This document shows positions 27,056-40,555 of a stretch of DNA of 64,000 bases, piece by piece. The notes under the pieces were generated by a model, which made no database searches, was not told the DNA's origin, and was given only the letters and a program-made list of their open reading frames with translations. The position numbers and the translations under genes are program-made. The DNA is taken from contig NC_042999.1 in NCBI RefSeq assembly GCF_006345805.1, positions 160,332,001-160,396,000 on the forward strand, given 5' to 3'. Every line of letters begins with the position of its first letter. Position 1 is the first letter of the stretch. The stretch is from Octopus sinensis. Its lineage: Eukaryota.

Positions 27056-27196
27056 TAGAAAAAACCCACCTTTCATCAATTCAATAATGAAAAATTAAAT
27101 TATACCATTTAGAAAAATTACATATTATAGAAAGATTAAATATAAGATAAAACATATAACAATGATTAAGTAATGTGCAAAATAATAAATAAAACA

Positions 27197-27247
<51 letters not shown>

Positions 27248-27447
27248 ATATATATACATCTATCTATCTATCTATAATATATATATATATATACACACGA
27301 CGTGCTTCTTTCAGTTTCTACCAAATCCACTCACAAGGCTTTCGTTGGCCCGAGGTTGTCGTAGAAAACACTTACCCATGGTGTCATGCAATGGGACTAA
27401 ACACGGAACAATATGGTTGGGAAGCAATCTTTTTACATCGCAGTCAC
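26813..27447 (-). mobile_element. SINE B with expanded internal (TA)n hosting an AT-rich insert (27052-27195)
   Basis: Halves of SINE B on either side; insert homologous to 59563-59700. Confidence 0.8.
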
Positions 27448-27783
27448 ATATGCATATATGTATATGTGTATGCATATCAAACATATTTTGCCAGGCGGCA
27501 CTTTCGTGAGGCAGTGAATCTGTAACTCTCTCCGAAACACAGACTTGGACAAGATGAAAGGGTAGCGGTTGCTCATGCATGCAAATCTTCCTTCCTTCCT
27601 CAAGTTGTTTTTTTTTTTTGTAAGGCGCTAGCATCACCTGGAAAATCTTCAATTGAAGACATAGAAAAATTAACGAGTGTTTGAAAATATGAATCCATTT
27701 CCTTCTATAAGTAATTCGTCAAGTATCAAAAACAAATATATATTTCAACCTGATATAGAATATTAATATTAAAATGGTTAGTC

Positions 27784-28041
27784 CCGTGTTTCTCAACCAT
27801 TCTTTTTATTACCTATGGACCCCTTCAATTCCTGTTTTACTCAGGCGGATCCTCATAGCCATTCAATGTTCAAAAAATCATATATTTTTATAATTAAATA
27901 TTATCAGGAATTGTACTAAAGAATTGTTAAAATATTTTGTGCATCGTAGAAGTATGACCAATTTGTTGCCTATACATTTTAAGAAAAAACAATCTTATAT
28001 AACCTGCCACTGGCTATATGGATCCCGGTTGAGAACCACTG
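27784..28041. mobile_element. hAT-type MITE
   Basis: TIRs CCGTGTTTCTCAACC / GGTTGAGAACCACTG; 8-bp TSD GGTTAGTY. Confidence 0.85.
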
Positions 28042-28184
28042 GGTTAGTTGAAAGGAGGAAAAAATTATTGGCTTAGTCAGAGGAGAAAATGCAACCATCA
28101 TAATACTTTCCATGTGTAGCAGGAATTGTAGAAATTATCTTCAGACTAGCAATAATAATAACACGAATACTTACAACTTAGAGG

Positions 28185-28570
28185 TTGGAAGCACTCCGTC
28201 GGTTACGACAACGAGGGTTCCGGTTGATCCGATCAACGGAACAGACTGCTCGTGAAATTAACGTGTAAGTGGCTGAGCACTCCACAGACACGTTTACCCT
28301 TAACGTAGTTCTCGGGGATATTCAGCGTGACACAGAGAGTGACAAGGCTGGCCCCTTTGAAATACAGGTACAACAGAAACAGGAAGTAAGAGTGAGAGAA
28401 AGTTGTAGTGAAAGAGTACAACAGGGATCACCACCATCCCCTGCTGGAGCCTCGTGGAGCTTTAGGTGTTTTCGCTCAATAAACACTCACAACGCCCAGT
28501 CTGGGAATCGAAACCGCGATCCTATGACCGCGAGTCCGCTGCCCTAACCACTGGGCCATTGCGCCTCCAC
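28185..28570 (-). mobile_element. SINE head A + tail alpha
   Basis: Near-identical to 51330-51717. Confidence 0.92.
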
Positions 28571-28783
28571 CCAACTAAGAGGGTTCTACTAAACGCAGCC
28601 AAGAGTCACGTAGTGGTATTAAATTAGTCGACAAATCAAAGTTATCTGTTGGCCTAGAGGTTGGGGTGATAGCCTCGTTTTCGTTAGATTGTGGTTTTGT
28701 TTCCTGAGTTTTCTTCTTAAACAAGAATTTCATTTCGCGTTTCCCCATTCTTCTCAATTGAAAATAGGCACCAGTCGAGTGCT

Positions 28784-29140
28784 CATTATCATCATTGTTC
28801 GACCGTGGTCGAGACAATAGAATTTACCATGCTACGCCAGACTTCACGGTCCATCATGGTATTACGGAGGTCCTGTTGCTGGATGCCTGTATCCCTGGAG
28901 ATTACATCAGGGTAGGAGAGTGTGCGCCCTCTGGTATTGCGAGTAGATGGCTTCCAGAGGAGAAGAGTAGAAATTACTTCTTTTTCAGCTCTACAACAAT
29001 GTCCAGCAAACTGGACTCTCCTACCTTTCACAAGAGATGACACGGGTGGTAGTTTCCCATATATTTGCATTTTGGTTGGATGGCGCTTCCACGAGAGATT
29101 TTGAGCTCTCATAAGGAGGCGAGTGTAGGTTCCATCCAAC
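28784..29140 (-). mobile_element. 5'-truncated RTE-like LINE 3' end
   Basis: RLDGTYTRLL...GHCCR...LLWKP...DREVWRSMV; (TGA)n tail; TSD CGAGTGCT at 28776-28783 and 29141-29148. Confidence 0.88.
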
Positions 29141-29322
29141 CGAGTGCTGGTGCAGCCCTGTCTTCCTTCAGCTGTCATGTCTTTGATGTTCCATTGAATT
29201 AAATATGGGAGACCCAAGAGAGTGCCTATGTCTGCTCGTCACTAGTTAATCAATTAAGGCAATTAACGAGAGCTTGCGAAATGTTACCAATCGAAAGTAT
29301 GCAATATGCTACACTCACTTGA

Positions 29323-29928
29323 GGCGGCGAGCTGGCAGAAACGTTAGCACGCCGGGTGAAATGCGCAGCCGTATTTCGTCTGCCGTCACGTTCTGAGTTC
29401 AAATTCCGCCGAGGTCGACTTTGCTTTTCATCCTTTCGGGGTCGATAAATTAAGTACCAATTACGCACTGGGGTCGATATAATCGACTTAATCCGTTTGT
29501 CTGTCCTTGTTTGTCCTCTCTGTGTTTAGCCCCTTGTGGGTAGTAAAGAAATAGAAATAGGTATTTCGGCTGCCGTTACGTTCTGAGTTCAAATTCTGCC
29601 GAGGTCGACTTTGCCTTTCATCCTTTCGGGGTCGATTAAATATGTACCAGTTACGCACTGGGGTCGATATAATCGACTTAATCCGTTTGTCTGTCCTTGT
29701 TTGTCCTCTCTGTGCTTAGCCCTTTGTGGGTAGTAAAGAAATAAGAAACGTTAGTACACCGGGCGAAATGATTAGAGGCATTTCCTCCGCCTTCACGTTC
29801 TGAGTTCAAATTCCACTGAGGTTGACTTTGCCTATCGATAAAATAAGTACCAGTTGAGTACTGGAGTCGATGTAATCAGCTTATTCCCTCCCCAGAAATT
29901 GCTGGCCTTGTGCCAAAATTTGAAATTT
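29323..29928 (+). mobile_element. SINE C trimer inside one 19-bp TSD
   Basis: TSD ATATGCTRCACTCACTTGA at 29304-29322 and 29929-29947; three tandem units. Confidence 0.9.
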
Positions 29929-31467
29929 ATATGCTGCACTCACTTGACGGTGACAAACGTGGTTTATATTGTGGTAACGCGAAGCTGTTCGTACTGGATC
30001 TGATGCTAAAAAAACATCGAAGTAAGTATTTAATATCTTACGCATTGTTGTGTTAATGTGCCTTTTCGTTCTTCTGGAGGTTTACGTAATTCAATCAGGT
30101 TTATCAATTAATGGAGCAGTATGTGTTTAGATCGTTTTGTCACATTAGACCATGGTTTATATTCTTCTTACTATCGACCGAACACATGCCTAACGTATTG
30201 TATTACTGTTCTCGTTAGTGGGTCACACACTAGGTTGATCCTGATATACGGGTAACCCAACATAACACACATGTATTCATACGCATGCGCATATACCCAT
30301 ACACATACACGTACTCACACTTACATAAGCACACCCATACACATATGTACTCGCGTGAATTTCTCATATCTACAATCGCCATTTTATTAGAAAATTTGCT
30401 GAAAGTGACTTCTATAGAAAGAAAACATAATCAAGTGTGGACTGATATACTGAATATAGTTGTAGAGCAGAATTCGTGACAGACGAACCGTAGACAGAGA
30501 CTTCGCTGCGGGTTGGCTAGAAAGTTGACCAGCAGCAAAAATGGACTTCTGGGGAAGAAGAAAAATAAAAGAATGTCAACAATGAGTGTGAAACGAATCC
30601 AAATGAACTAAACAGAAATAACTGGCGACTTAAGCCCTGATGTACGTAAAGTAATAAGCCTGTGATAAAATGTATTCTCTCTCCACTAGTTTGTTTGTGT
30701 ATTGCTTAACAAAGCTATACAGTGACCATAAAATAATTTTTAATCAATTGAAATTTCACGCGTAACGAGAAGAAAAGCTATGAGAGTGTAACGTGAGGAA
30801 AGCTCTGTAACACTGGAAGGGTGCAGGTCTCATCCCTTACATTAAATTATTTGTCGAAGGAAAAGCCAAGACTTCGAATATCTTCAACAGCATAAATATT
30901 TTTTATTTTCTGGATTCGCAATAATATATATATATTTCCTTCAGGGCGAATCGGTAGCCTAGGAGCTAGTCACAGCTTCTTATGCACTTATATTTTGTCT
31001 CACTACTGAAAAATTTACCCCCCTCCTCGCCGACGATAGAGGATTTGGTCTAAAAATAGTTACAAATACGACGTTTCAGTTGAGTTATTCAGGCTACTTC
31101 AGCAATTTTCTTCTTTGTTTGTACGGCCATAACATGTTAGAATGGAACAACTGAACCATGAAAACTATCGAGCTGTGGGAAATTTAATATATATCTTAAT
31201 TCTTTTACTAGACGTCAATGTATGTCTGCCTATAGAAAAAAAAAGTCAACAAAAGAAAGGAAAAACCGCCCTCGATATTCTGACGTCATCAGGCTATAAA
31301 AGAAAGTGAATAAGAGCAATGTAAAATAGAATAAACGAATCATTTTTCATGAATGAAAAGAAAAAAATGTATTGTGCTGTTTAAAAGAGGTTCTGTTTCT
31401 GTAGGTGAAGGACGGGTGCAAACAGTTTTTGTAATACTTGATTGCATACATGAAAACCTATCATCTA

Positions 31468-32247
31468 TTGGGTTGGCAACTAAGTTCCTGCCGTTATTAT
31501 AAAATTTGGAATTTATCGTGTTTTTAAATTTTGGAATCTATTTTCTCGAGAATTCTGTTTTTGAATCATTTTGGAATCTAATTTGTTTTTTGATTTTTTT
31601 CTTGTTAATTTTAGTTAATTTTTGTTTATTTTCAGATCATTAAAATGGAGTGTCAAGTTAAGAAAAACGAGCATTTTTGACACCTTTTTGTTTTTAATCA
31701 AGGTTCTAAGGCCGCAAAAGCTGCTCGCGACATTTGGGCTGTGTATAGGGAGGGTGCCATAGCTGAAAGAACCACTCGTGATCGGTATGCCAAGTTCAAA
31801 AATCGAAATTTTGACCTCAAAGACGCACCTCGTTCTAGCCGTCCAGTTGAGTTCGATGAAGAGCGATTAAACCAACTTTTGCACGAAAATTCTCGACAAC
31901 CGACAAAGGAACTGGCAGAGAAAATGGAATGCTCCCACTCTGCTATAGAGAAGCATCTTCACTCGATGGGAAAGGTTCAGAAGTATGGAGCCTGGGGTCT
32001 TCATGATTTAAGTGACAACAACAAAAATCTACGAGCCACAATCTCCGCTAGTTTGCTTGCTCGTCACCGCTCAACTCATGGACACAAGCAACGATTTCTC
32101 TACCGAATCGTTACTGGCGACGAAAAATGGTGCCTGTACATTAATATGAAGCAGTGTAAGGAATGATATGCGCGGAGTTTCAATACTGATGCAGAATTGA
32201 GAGCTTGATTGGATCAATTTTTTGAGTCGAAATCGGGTGATTTCTAC
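31468..32247 (+). mobile_element. Mariner transposon relic (5' TIR + internally deleted transposase)
   Basis: TA-TTGGGTTGGCAACTAAG TIR; ATG at 31645; DAPRSSRP, RIVTGDEKW, then a jump to C-terminal LDQFFESKSGDFY. Confidence 0.9.
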
Positions 32248-32279
32248 CTTAAGCCATAAGAAAAAAAGAAAAGAAAAAA

Positions 32280-32428
32280 AAACACTTTTATTGGATAGCC
32301 GTTGACTCTCAAGAGTTCTTCCGCCCTTTGATGGGTTTTGTTTTTCATCCCGCAGGGTGTCCGATAAACACCCTCCTCACCAAGCAAGCTTGGTGGGGTT
32401 GCCGGTTTAGTAGCCGTCGGTCCGACCA
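32280..32428 (-). mobile_element. Structured repeat fragment (possible SINE or LINE UTR)
   Basis: Two GC hairpins (CACCAAGC-TT-GCTTGGTG; AGGGTGT...ACACCCT), AATAAA, interrupts the mariner. Confidence 0.35.
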
Positions 32429-32766
32429 TACATACATACATACATACATACATACTACATACATATCAGTGGCGAACCCGGAACTCAGGCTGGTCGAGTA
32501 TAAATTTAGTAAAGTGAACGTGTATTTAATTTCTGCCAACACTGACTTCAAGTATGTAATTTCAGCCAGTAATTCGGGCTCCTTTTATTGAGCCTGGTCG
32601 CAGTAGTTCATTTATTTTCGTTCAGCGTCTGGCGGTCGTCTTAGAGGTGCCCAGTGTCAATAAATATCATTTGTAGCAGACGTTCTCTCGACATCATTCA
32701 CACGCGCCTGACTCGGGCTCAGTAGTTCTCGAGTTTTGGGGATTCACACAGACGGACAGACAGACA

Positions 32767-32801
<35 letters not shown>

Positions 32802-32825
32802 TCTCATCTTTATATATAGAGATAT

Positions 32826-33400
32826 AAGGTGCGGTGAATATATTGTCGTCTAAATTACGTAAAAATGAAAATAAAACTGATATCTCATTTCAACAGAAAT
32901 ATTTACCAAAATTACATAAAAAATATCTTGAAAGTAAATTTATTCAATAAAATCGCCATTGACTTCAACTATGGCCTCCAGAAGACTTCGGAATCTCCTC
33001 CAATTCTTCTGGACAGTCTCCTTGTTTAAGTTGGTGAATACTTCCATAATCTTTGCCTTCAGTTCATTTTTGGTGTTACAAGGAGTTTTGTTGGTCTCTG
33101 GCTCAAATGCACTCCACACATAAAAATCAGGGGGGTTGAAGTCTGAGGAGTTAGGAGTTAGGTAGCCAGATGTTAGGTCGCAGAAATTGTCTGACAGCCA
33201 TGACTAGGTTCTCCTGCTTGTGTGGCATGGTACAGAGTCCTGTTGCCAGACATAGGGTCTTCCATCAGCCACCCTCTTAACCCAGGACAGCACTACCTCC
33301 TCCAGGCGCTTGATATATGCCTCCGTGTTGAGTCTGAGGCCGTGTCAGCGTTTCTGTCTCAACAAGTGTCGTCAGTACAAGAATTGCCTTATCATGCCGT
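32826..33400 (-). mobile_element. maT/DD37D-like transposon relic (3' catalytic part)
   Basis: YVWQQDSVPCHTS...NSSDFNPLDFYVW...IVEVNGDFIE* on the minus strand. Confidence 0.82.
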
Positions 33401-33443
33401 CGATAGATAGGACATTGGACACGTAGACACACCCAAGCACGCG

Positions 33444-33482
<39 letters not shown>

Positions 33483-33573
33483 TTGATAAGTGTCATGCAC
33501 GAAAGTCAGAGTCCTTGAGTCACTTTCGTAAATTTCTGCCGATTTAAAAAATAAAAGTCTGTGCGTGTATTCA

Positions 33574-33656
<83 letters not shown>

Positions 33657-34750
33657 GGCACCGCGAGTGTCGCGTTGCTCTCAAGCAACTCTGCCATCCT
33701 GGGTCGACCTTGAGTGACTTCAACACAACCAAAGCATTCTATAGGGGTTTAGTGGAGGGGAGGTACGACGACGAGCTCGGGGCGAACCTGGACGTCGACA
33801 AGGAGTACCTGACCCGCCTGTTCAGGACGACTTTCGGGCCAGGGCCCATGGACAACTTCCAGAGATCCCTGGCCTGGCAGTGCTACCGAGAAGCGCTACC
33901 CGTTCGGGATAAGCTCTACAGACACGGCTCGAGAAACACGGGGCCGACCTGCCCGAGATGCGGTCAGAGCGACGAAACCGTTCTGCACGCACTCGTGCAG
34001 TGTCCAACAATTTCCGACCTGTGGGCTTGTGTCGAACAACTGCTGTCACGTGTGGGACGAGTCGGTTTATCAGCTGAGTCTATCGTTAATATTGTCACGC
34101 CTCCCTCCTTCAAACGGAAGGAAGAGCTATTTTCATCATCCTTGTGGCTATGGCGAAAGAATGTATCTGGTGGACGCGTCTGAAGGATTGGAGACAAACA
34201 CTTTCCTCTCTGGTCAATCTCTCATCAACTTCTTCAAGTACCACTTGAAAAGGAAAGTGAGAGTAGAGAGGCAAGTTTTGTCTAGCGAATGTTTTAAAAA
34301 AAGATGGGTGAATGTAGCAAGAATGGCACGTATGAATGACGAAGCCACCTTGAGCATGATCCTATGAACCCAGAAATTGAAAACAGAGAGTTGCTTATTT
34401 GCAAAAAAAAAAAAAAAAAAGAAATATAACATGTGACTCCATTGACCGAGGTTACCGTGGTCTTTTCCGTAGGCTTTTCTTTCCACGGGTAAACCTCACC
34501 TGTCCTCCCCTTTACACTTCATATTGACATTTCTGTGATAACGATCCCTATTGATCAATTTTTATTTTTTTTTTTCCTCTCCCCCTTTTTTTTAACCCCC
34601 CTTTTTTTTGTCCTCTTTCTCTCCTTTTACGATCCCTTTTGATCGAAACTCCCCCTTCCTTTTTTTTTTTTTTTTAAACCTTCAAAAGAAAAGCTCTACC
34701 TTGTAATTTGTTCTATCTGTGTGCAGCCCTGTGTGGCTAATAAAGAAACA
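33657..34750 (+). mobile_element. 5'-truncated L1/Tx1-clade LINE (zinc-knuckle C-terminus + T-rich 3'UTR) within (TATC)n
   Basis: LAWQCYREALPVRDKLYRHG...CPRCGQSDETVLHALVQCP; AATAAAGAAACA end; (TATC)n at 33574-33656 and 34751-34945. Confidence 0.88.
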
Positions 34751-34807
<57 letters not shown>

Positions 34808-34832
34808 GTCTGTCTATCTGTCTGTCTATCTG

Positions 34833-34943
<111 letters not shown>

Positions 34944-35305
34944 ATGTATCCACCAGTAGTATCGAGCTACTTCAGCTTTAAGCCATAATAAACAAAGTTA
35001 CTGAGGTACAGCAATATGAAAGGGCATCTACAGATCTGGATAGAATTCCTTCTTGCACGCTTGTAGAGAATTCTTTTATAAGTATGCGGTTTTGCATCGA
35101 TTATTACTTGAAATATAACCGACACATCTGCATACGTAGGTGGAGATTGTGTGCGCGCGTGTGGTATGTGTAAGCTCGCGTGTAATTGAGGTTAGGTTTG
35201 GACGTGTGAAATATAAAAAAAATAGGAGTGGAAGTTAAGTGGGTGGATGACAAAGGTTATATTTTTGACTCCACCCCACATACAGAAATATGTATAACAA
35301 TGTAT

Positions 35306-35345
<40 letters not shown>

Positions 35346-35907
35346 TGTGTGTGTGTGTGTGCGTGTGTTTATATAACCGTCTAAGAATCCATAAGTCAGA
35401 AAAAAGTGCACTCATAAATTTGTCAGTAGAATGGATATATAATTCTATATCGTCTCTTAAAATTTATAGTGCTATATATAAAATCTATAGTGTTATATAA
35501 ACTCTTATTCGATGTTTGTCATTTGCCACACTGCATTTATAAGGTACATATTTTCGTAAACAAAATCCAGCGAGCGGACACAATTCGGGGACACTACAAT
35601 TACAAGTTTTTGCATTCCTCTCTTTAATTTTACTCTGATTTATTAAGGTTGTGTTGGGTTGGCCAATGTTTAGTTGGGATTCATTGCGTTTAGATTTAGA
35701 CTTACTTTTTTGTTTTATTGATTTTATTTGGACTTAAATGGTGTACTTTATGGTGATCTAAGCTTTTAATCGTTTGAAGTTGGAGTTTATTTCTATTTGT
35801 GGATGCAATTATAGATACTAAATACGGCGTGGTAAAGTAAGATAACTACATATGTTCATTGTAGTTTGCCTAATTCGAACTTACAACATTCCATTTATAT
35901 ATAAGTA

Positions 35908-35991
<84 letters not shown>

Positions 35992-36694
35992 TACACACTA
36001 TTTAAATTTGAACTACTATTAGTTTTACGTTCGAAAACACAACAAACAAGAAGCCTATATATCAAGCCTTGTTTTTCCAAGCAATCTCTCAGACCCTAAT
36101 ATACAACCTTTTTTTGACAAGAAAAAAAATAAAGAAAGAAAAAGACGCCGGTCTTTTAGAGAACACGAGAACGGACGAGAGGAGGAAAAGCGAAATAATT
36201 AAAAGCAAAAAGTGTAATGGGAAAAAAAGAAAATAGAGAAATTAAATCAAGTGTTGCGTCCTTTTCTCCTTTCGAATCAGGATTAATAAGGATAGTGTTC
36301 CGATCAGAAGTGATAAGTTTGGTATAACTTAATTCAACAGGGAGGAGTTCAAACTAACTCTGTATGACTGCATATTTAATCCGCAGTGGATTGTATCCTT
36401 CAGTTCAACAAAAGAAATTTGTCCACGTGTTAACAGTTGGTAAAAATTTGTGATCTAGAATTTAGTTAGGCCCTTGGACTTTTTAGACGTAAAAAGAATA
36501 TGAGATCTTTTGGCTACACAAAGCCGGTATATCTTTGATCCGTCGATGGTGGATAGTATGCAGCTGTGTTCAGCTATGTTATCTCTTTGAGTCTTTCACA
36601 CTCATATATTCAGCAATTGTTTCAGTAGCAGTGCGCTTCGAACTACGTTAAATGTATATAATTTTGTGTAATAAAGTACAAATACTCTTATATA

Positions 36695-37100
36695 GGCGCA
36701 GGAGTGGCTGTGTGGTAAGTAGCTTGTTTACCAACCACATGGTTCCGGGTTCAGTCCCACTGCGTGGCACCTTGGGCAAGTGTCTTCTACTATAGCCTCG
36801 GGCCGACCAAAGCCTTGTGAGTGGTATTGGTAGACGGAAACTGAAAGAAGCCCGTCGTATATATCTATATATATATATGTATGTGTATGCGTGTATGTTT
36901 GTGTGTCTGTGTTTGTCCCCCCAACATCGCTTGACAACCGATGCTGGTGTGTTTAGCGGTTCGGTGGTTCGGCAAAAGAGACCGATAGAATAAGTACTGG
37001 GCTTACAAAGAATAAGTCCCGGGGTCGAGTTGCTCGATTAAAGGTGGTGCTCCAGCATGGCCGCAGTCAAATGACTGAAACAAGTAAAGGAGTAAAAAGA
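36695..37100 (+). mobile_element. SINE B, full length
   Basis: Family match. Confidence 0.92.
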
Positions 37101-37398
37101 GAGAGTTATAAAATTCTCTTATACGTCGTGATCTTAATAAATCCAAATTATGTGTCTTCGTGCGTATATGTGTGTGTGTGTGCATGTATCTATGTTTATG
37201 TGTGTATGTAACCGAAGACTGTGTGATTTCATTATTTTTCTTTTTTTTTGCCATATGTGAGTTACAAATATTGTTGTCTGTGGAGACTTATTTTTGTAGT
37301 AAAAGGAAATAGTAGTCTTTTGGCTACTATTTCTAAAATTTTCGGTATGTGGTTTAAGCAACTTGTTGCAAAAAACCCTTATTATATATATATATATA

Positions 37399-37530
37399 CT
37401 TCATTGAAAAGCAGCAGAAATATCACAAAAACTGTTACTCAGAGTTTCAATAAAGCATATTACTCTACCGCTGGTATTCGAGTACTATTTTTTCCACTTT
37501 GTTTCGTTTTTATGTGCTTACTCCGGTACA
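37399..37530. mobile_element. Penelope-like terminus remnant in (TA)n (related to 46926-47065)
   Basis: Shared AATAAAGCATATTACTCTACC block; half-hammerhead GAAACTCTGAGTAACAG on the minus strand. Confidence 0.5.
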
Positions 37531-37969
37531 TATATATATGGTGCTATTAAGTTAGACATGGCCTGGGCCAATAATGGCCGAAACCTATCAAAGTATCAAA
37601 GTATCAAAGTATATATATATATATATATATATATAATGGACTCTCCCGTCGTTAGACGAAGTATAAGAGCTCGGCAATTTCTTACCGAAAAACAGCACGT
37701 GATTTGTTTATAGTGATCAAATGTTTGTGCACACATAAGCTCACTTCCCTATCAAAGCGACATCACCTGTACAGGTGCACCGTGTGCCACATGTGAGATG
37801 ACGAAACGATCGTAGAGCAACGTCTGGGAACCGAACCCATGATCTTGCAATCGTGAGTGCAACACCTTAACCACTAAGCCATGCTCCTTCACCAACACAC
37901 ACACAAACACATGCTTAACCACTAAATCTACAGGGTTTTTCATTCTTTTTCATTCTCTCTCTGTTTATA

Positions 37970-38065
37970 GTGGCACCTTGGGCAAGTGTCTTCTACTACA
38001 GCCTCGGGCCGACCAAAGTCTTGTGAGTGGATTTGGTAAACGGAAACTGAAAGAAGCCCGTCGTA

Positions 38066-38116
<51 letters not shown>

Positions 38117-38321
38117 TTGTGTGTCTGTGTTTGTTACCTCCATTATCACTTGACAACATGGTGTGTTTACGTCGCTGTAACTTAGCGGTTCGGCAAAAGA
38201 GACCGATAAAATAAGTACAAGGCCTCCAAAGAATAAGTCCTGGGGTCGATGTGCTTGACTAAAAGGCGGTGCTCCAGCATGGCCACAGTTAAATGACTGA
38301 AACAAGTAAAAGAATAAAAGA
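37970..38321 (+). mobile_element. SINE B, 5' truncated
   Basis: Family match. Confidence 0.88.
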
Positions 38322-38979
38322 GTCTATATATCTATTTATATACATACATACACACACACATCCAAAAGTTTTAGGGTAAAAATTGCCATCTACTCTGAGC
38401 ATCTTAACGTGATATTCATTTTTGTGTAATACACGAGTGTGATTACGTAAAACAAAGTTGTAAGCATCATTTTTTTACCCTTTCTTCTAAATTTTAACAT
38501 GCTTTATTTATTATTTTTTTTAGAATATTTTCATACAAGGTGCAATAGTATTTTTTAAAAATCTCCATTGCGCCCCGAAAATAAGGGGGGAAATGATTGA
38601 AGTCCACTGCATTACATAATTAGCTTGAAACCCAGGGTGAGCCACAACCAACCCACATTCCCACGCATCACCATTACCTCCCTCCCGCCAGTTTTTTTTT
38701 GTTTTTTCAAGTGTCTTTCTGAACATAATCTCCAAATGAAAAGTTAGCAATATTATGTAGGATTCTTTTTAACTTCTTCACGAATGACAGAAATGTTCAT
38801 TATATAACATATTGGTTTCCATTCTATTTTGGGTCTGATTAATGGCTTCAACTGTTGTCCTGTCAAGACGTGACAAAGCCTTTTCTAGACATGCACCTGC
38901 TCAATAAAAATAAATATATAAATAAATAAATAAACAGCTAAATGGGACTAGGGTTAAATTACGTCAGTGTATTCATCTG

Positions 38980-39092
38980 CAAGGGGTAAGGGTACTACAA
39001 GGGGTAAGGGTACTACAAGGGGTAAGGGTACTACAAGGGGTAAGGGTACTACAAGGGGTAAGGGTACTACAAGGGGTAAGGGTACAACAAGG
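38980..39092. repeat. 18-bp minisatellite (CAAGGGGTAAGGGTACTA) x6
   Basis: Five perfect units and one with a single mismatch. Confidence 0.97.
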
Positions 39093-39395
39093 AATATCAG
39101 CTGGAAAAAAACAACTTAAGTTCAGTTTAAAACTAATGGAAAGTATAAAAAAAAAGACACATAGGTGACTGCTAGAAAAATGTGGAGACACAAATTAGGA
39201 CAAAGGTAGATACATAACGAACTTGTATCTGAAGGTCAGGATGTTTAATGGCGTTTATTTCTCTTTAGAGGGCGGTAATAAGGTTCGAAATAAGTGATCA
39301 GCTCTCTGAAACATAGAAGCTGAATAACTGTATCACTTTCAACGATGACAGTTTTCCTAACAAATGCCAGTGTTAATATTTATTTTGAAAGCAAA

Positions 39396-39570
39396 GGCGG
39401 TGAGCTGACAGAATTGTTTGCATACCAAGAAAAATGCTTAGCGGCATTTCGGCCAATCTGCACGTTCTGAGTTCAAATTACGTTGAGGTCGACATTGCCT
39501 TTAATCCTTTCGGTGTCGATAAAATAAGTACCATTTGAGCACTTGCCTTGTGCCGAAATTTTAAACCAAT
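39396..39570 (+). mobile_element. SINE C, old type
   Basis: Diverged family match. Confidence 0.75.
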
Positions 39571-39652
39571 ATCTATATCGAACATAGTTTCGTATGGCAA
39601 ACTTTTGGAAACTGACGAAAATATTAAAAACTAAAATTTCTTCAGACTTCTG

Positions 39653-40370
39653 GAATGTGAAATCAGAACGTAACAGCAGACGAAATACCTATTTCTTTAC
39701 TACCCACAATGGGCTAAACACAGAGAGGACAAACAAGGACAGACAAACGGATTAAGTCGATTATATCGATCCCAGTGCGTAACTGGTACTTATTTAATCG
39801 ATCCCGAAAGGATGAAAGGCAAAGTCGACCTCAGCGGAATTTGAACCCAGAACGTAACGGCAGATGAAATACCTATTTCTTTACTATCCACAAGGGGCTA
39901 AACACAGAAGGGATAAACAAGGACATACAAACGGATTAAGTCGATTACATCGACCCCAGTGCGTAACTGGTACTTATTTAATCGACCCCGAAAGGATGAA
40001 AGGCAAAGTCGACCTCGGCGGAATTTGAACTCAGAACGTAACGGCAGACGAAATACTTATTTCTTTACAACCCACAAGGGGCTAAACACAGAGGGGACAG
40101 ACAAACGGATTAAGTCGATTACATCGACCCCAGTGCGTAATTGGTACTTAATTTATCGACTCCGAAAGGATGAAAGGCAAAGTCGACCTCGGCGGAATTT
40201 GAACTCAAGAACGTTTCGTCTGCCGCTACGTTCTGAGTTCAAATTCCGCCGAGGTCGACTTTGCCTTTCATCCTTTCGGGGTCGATTAAACAAGTATCAG
40301 TTACGCACTGGTGTCGATGTAATCGACTTAATACCTATGTCTGTCCCTGTTTGTCTCTTCTGTGTTTAAG
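39653..40370 (-). mobile_element. SINE C tandem array (3 units + part of a fourth) capped by an inverted unit
   Basis: Repeated junction GACGAAATACCTATTTCTTTAC; plus-strand unit at 40214-40370. Confidence 0.9.
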
Positions 40371-40555
40371 CCTCCGTACTGTAAATCTACAAATATGATT
40401 TCCAAATTTTCAGTTATTTTTCAACACAATAGTCATATGCAATTTGTCATACACGAATAATAATTGTACACCTTTTTTTCGTTCCAGCGAAGCCTTTATG
40501 ATACATATAATTACTTTTCTTAACCTTCTATTTGCTTACGCGGTCGACACATTCA

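Noticed and set aside
39653-40213. Regularly spaced repeats resembling a CRISPR array
   Set aside because: Whole 170-190-bp units repeat, with no unique spacers and no cas genes; eukaryotic SINE
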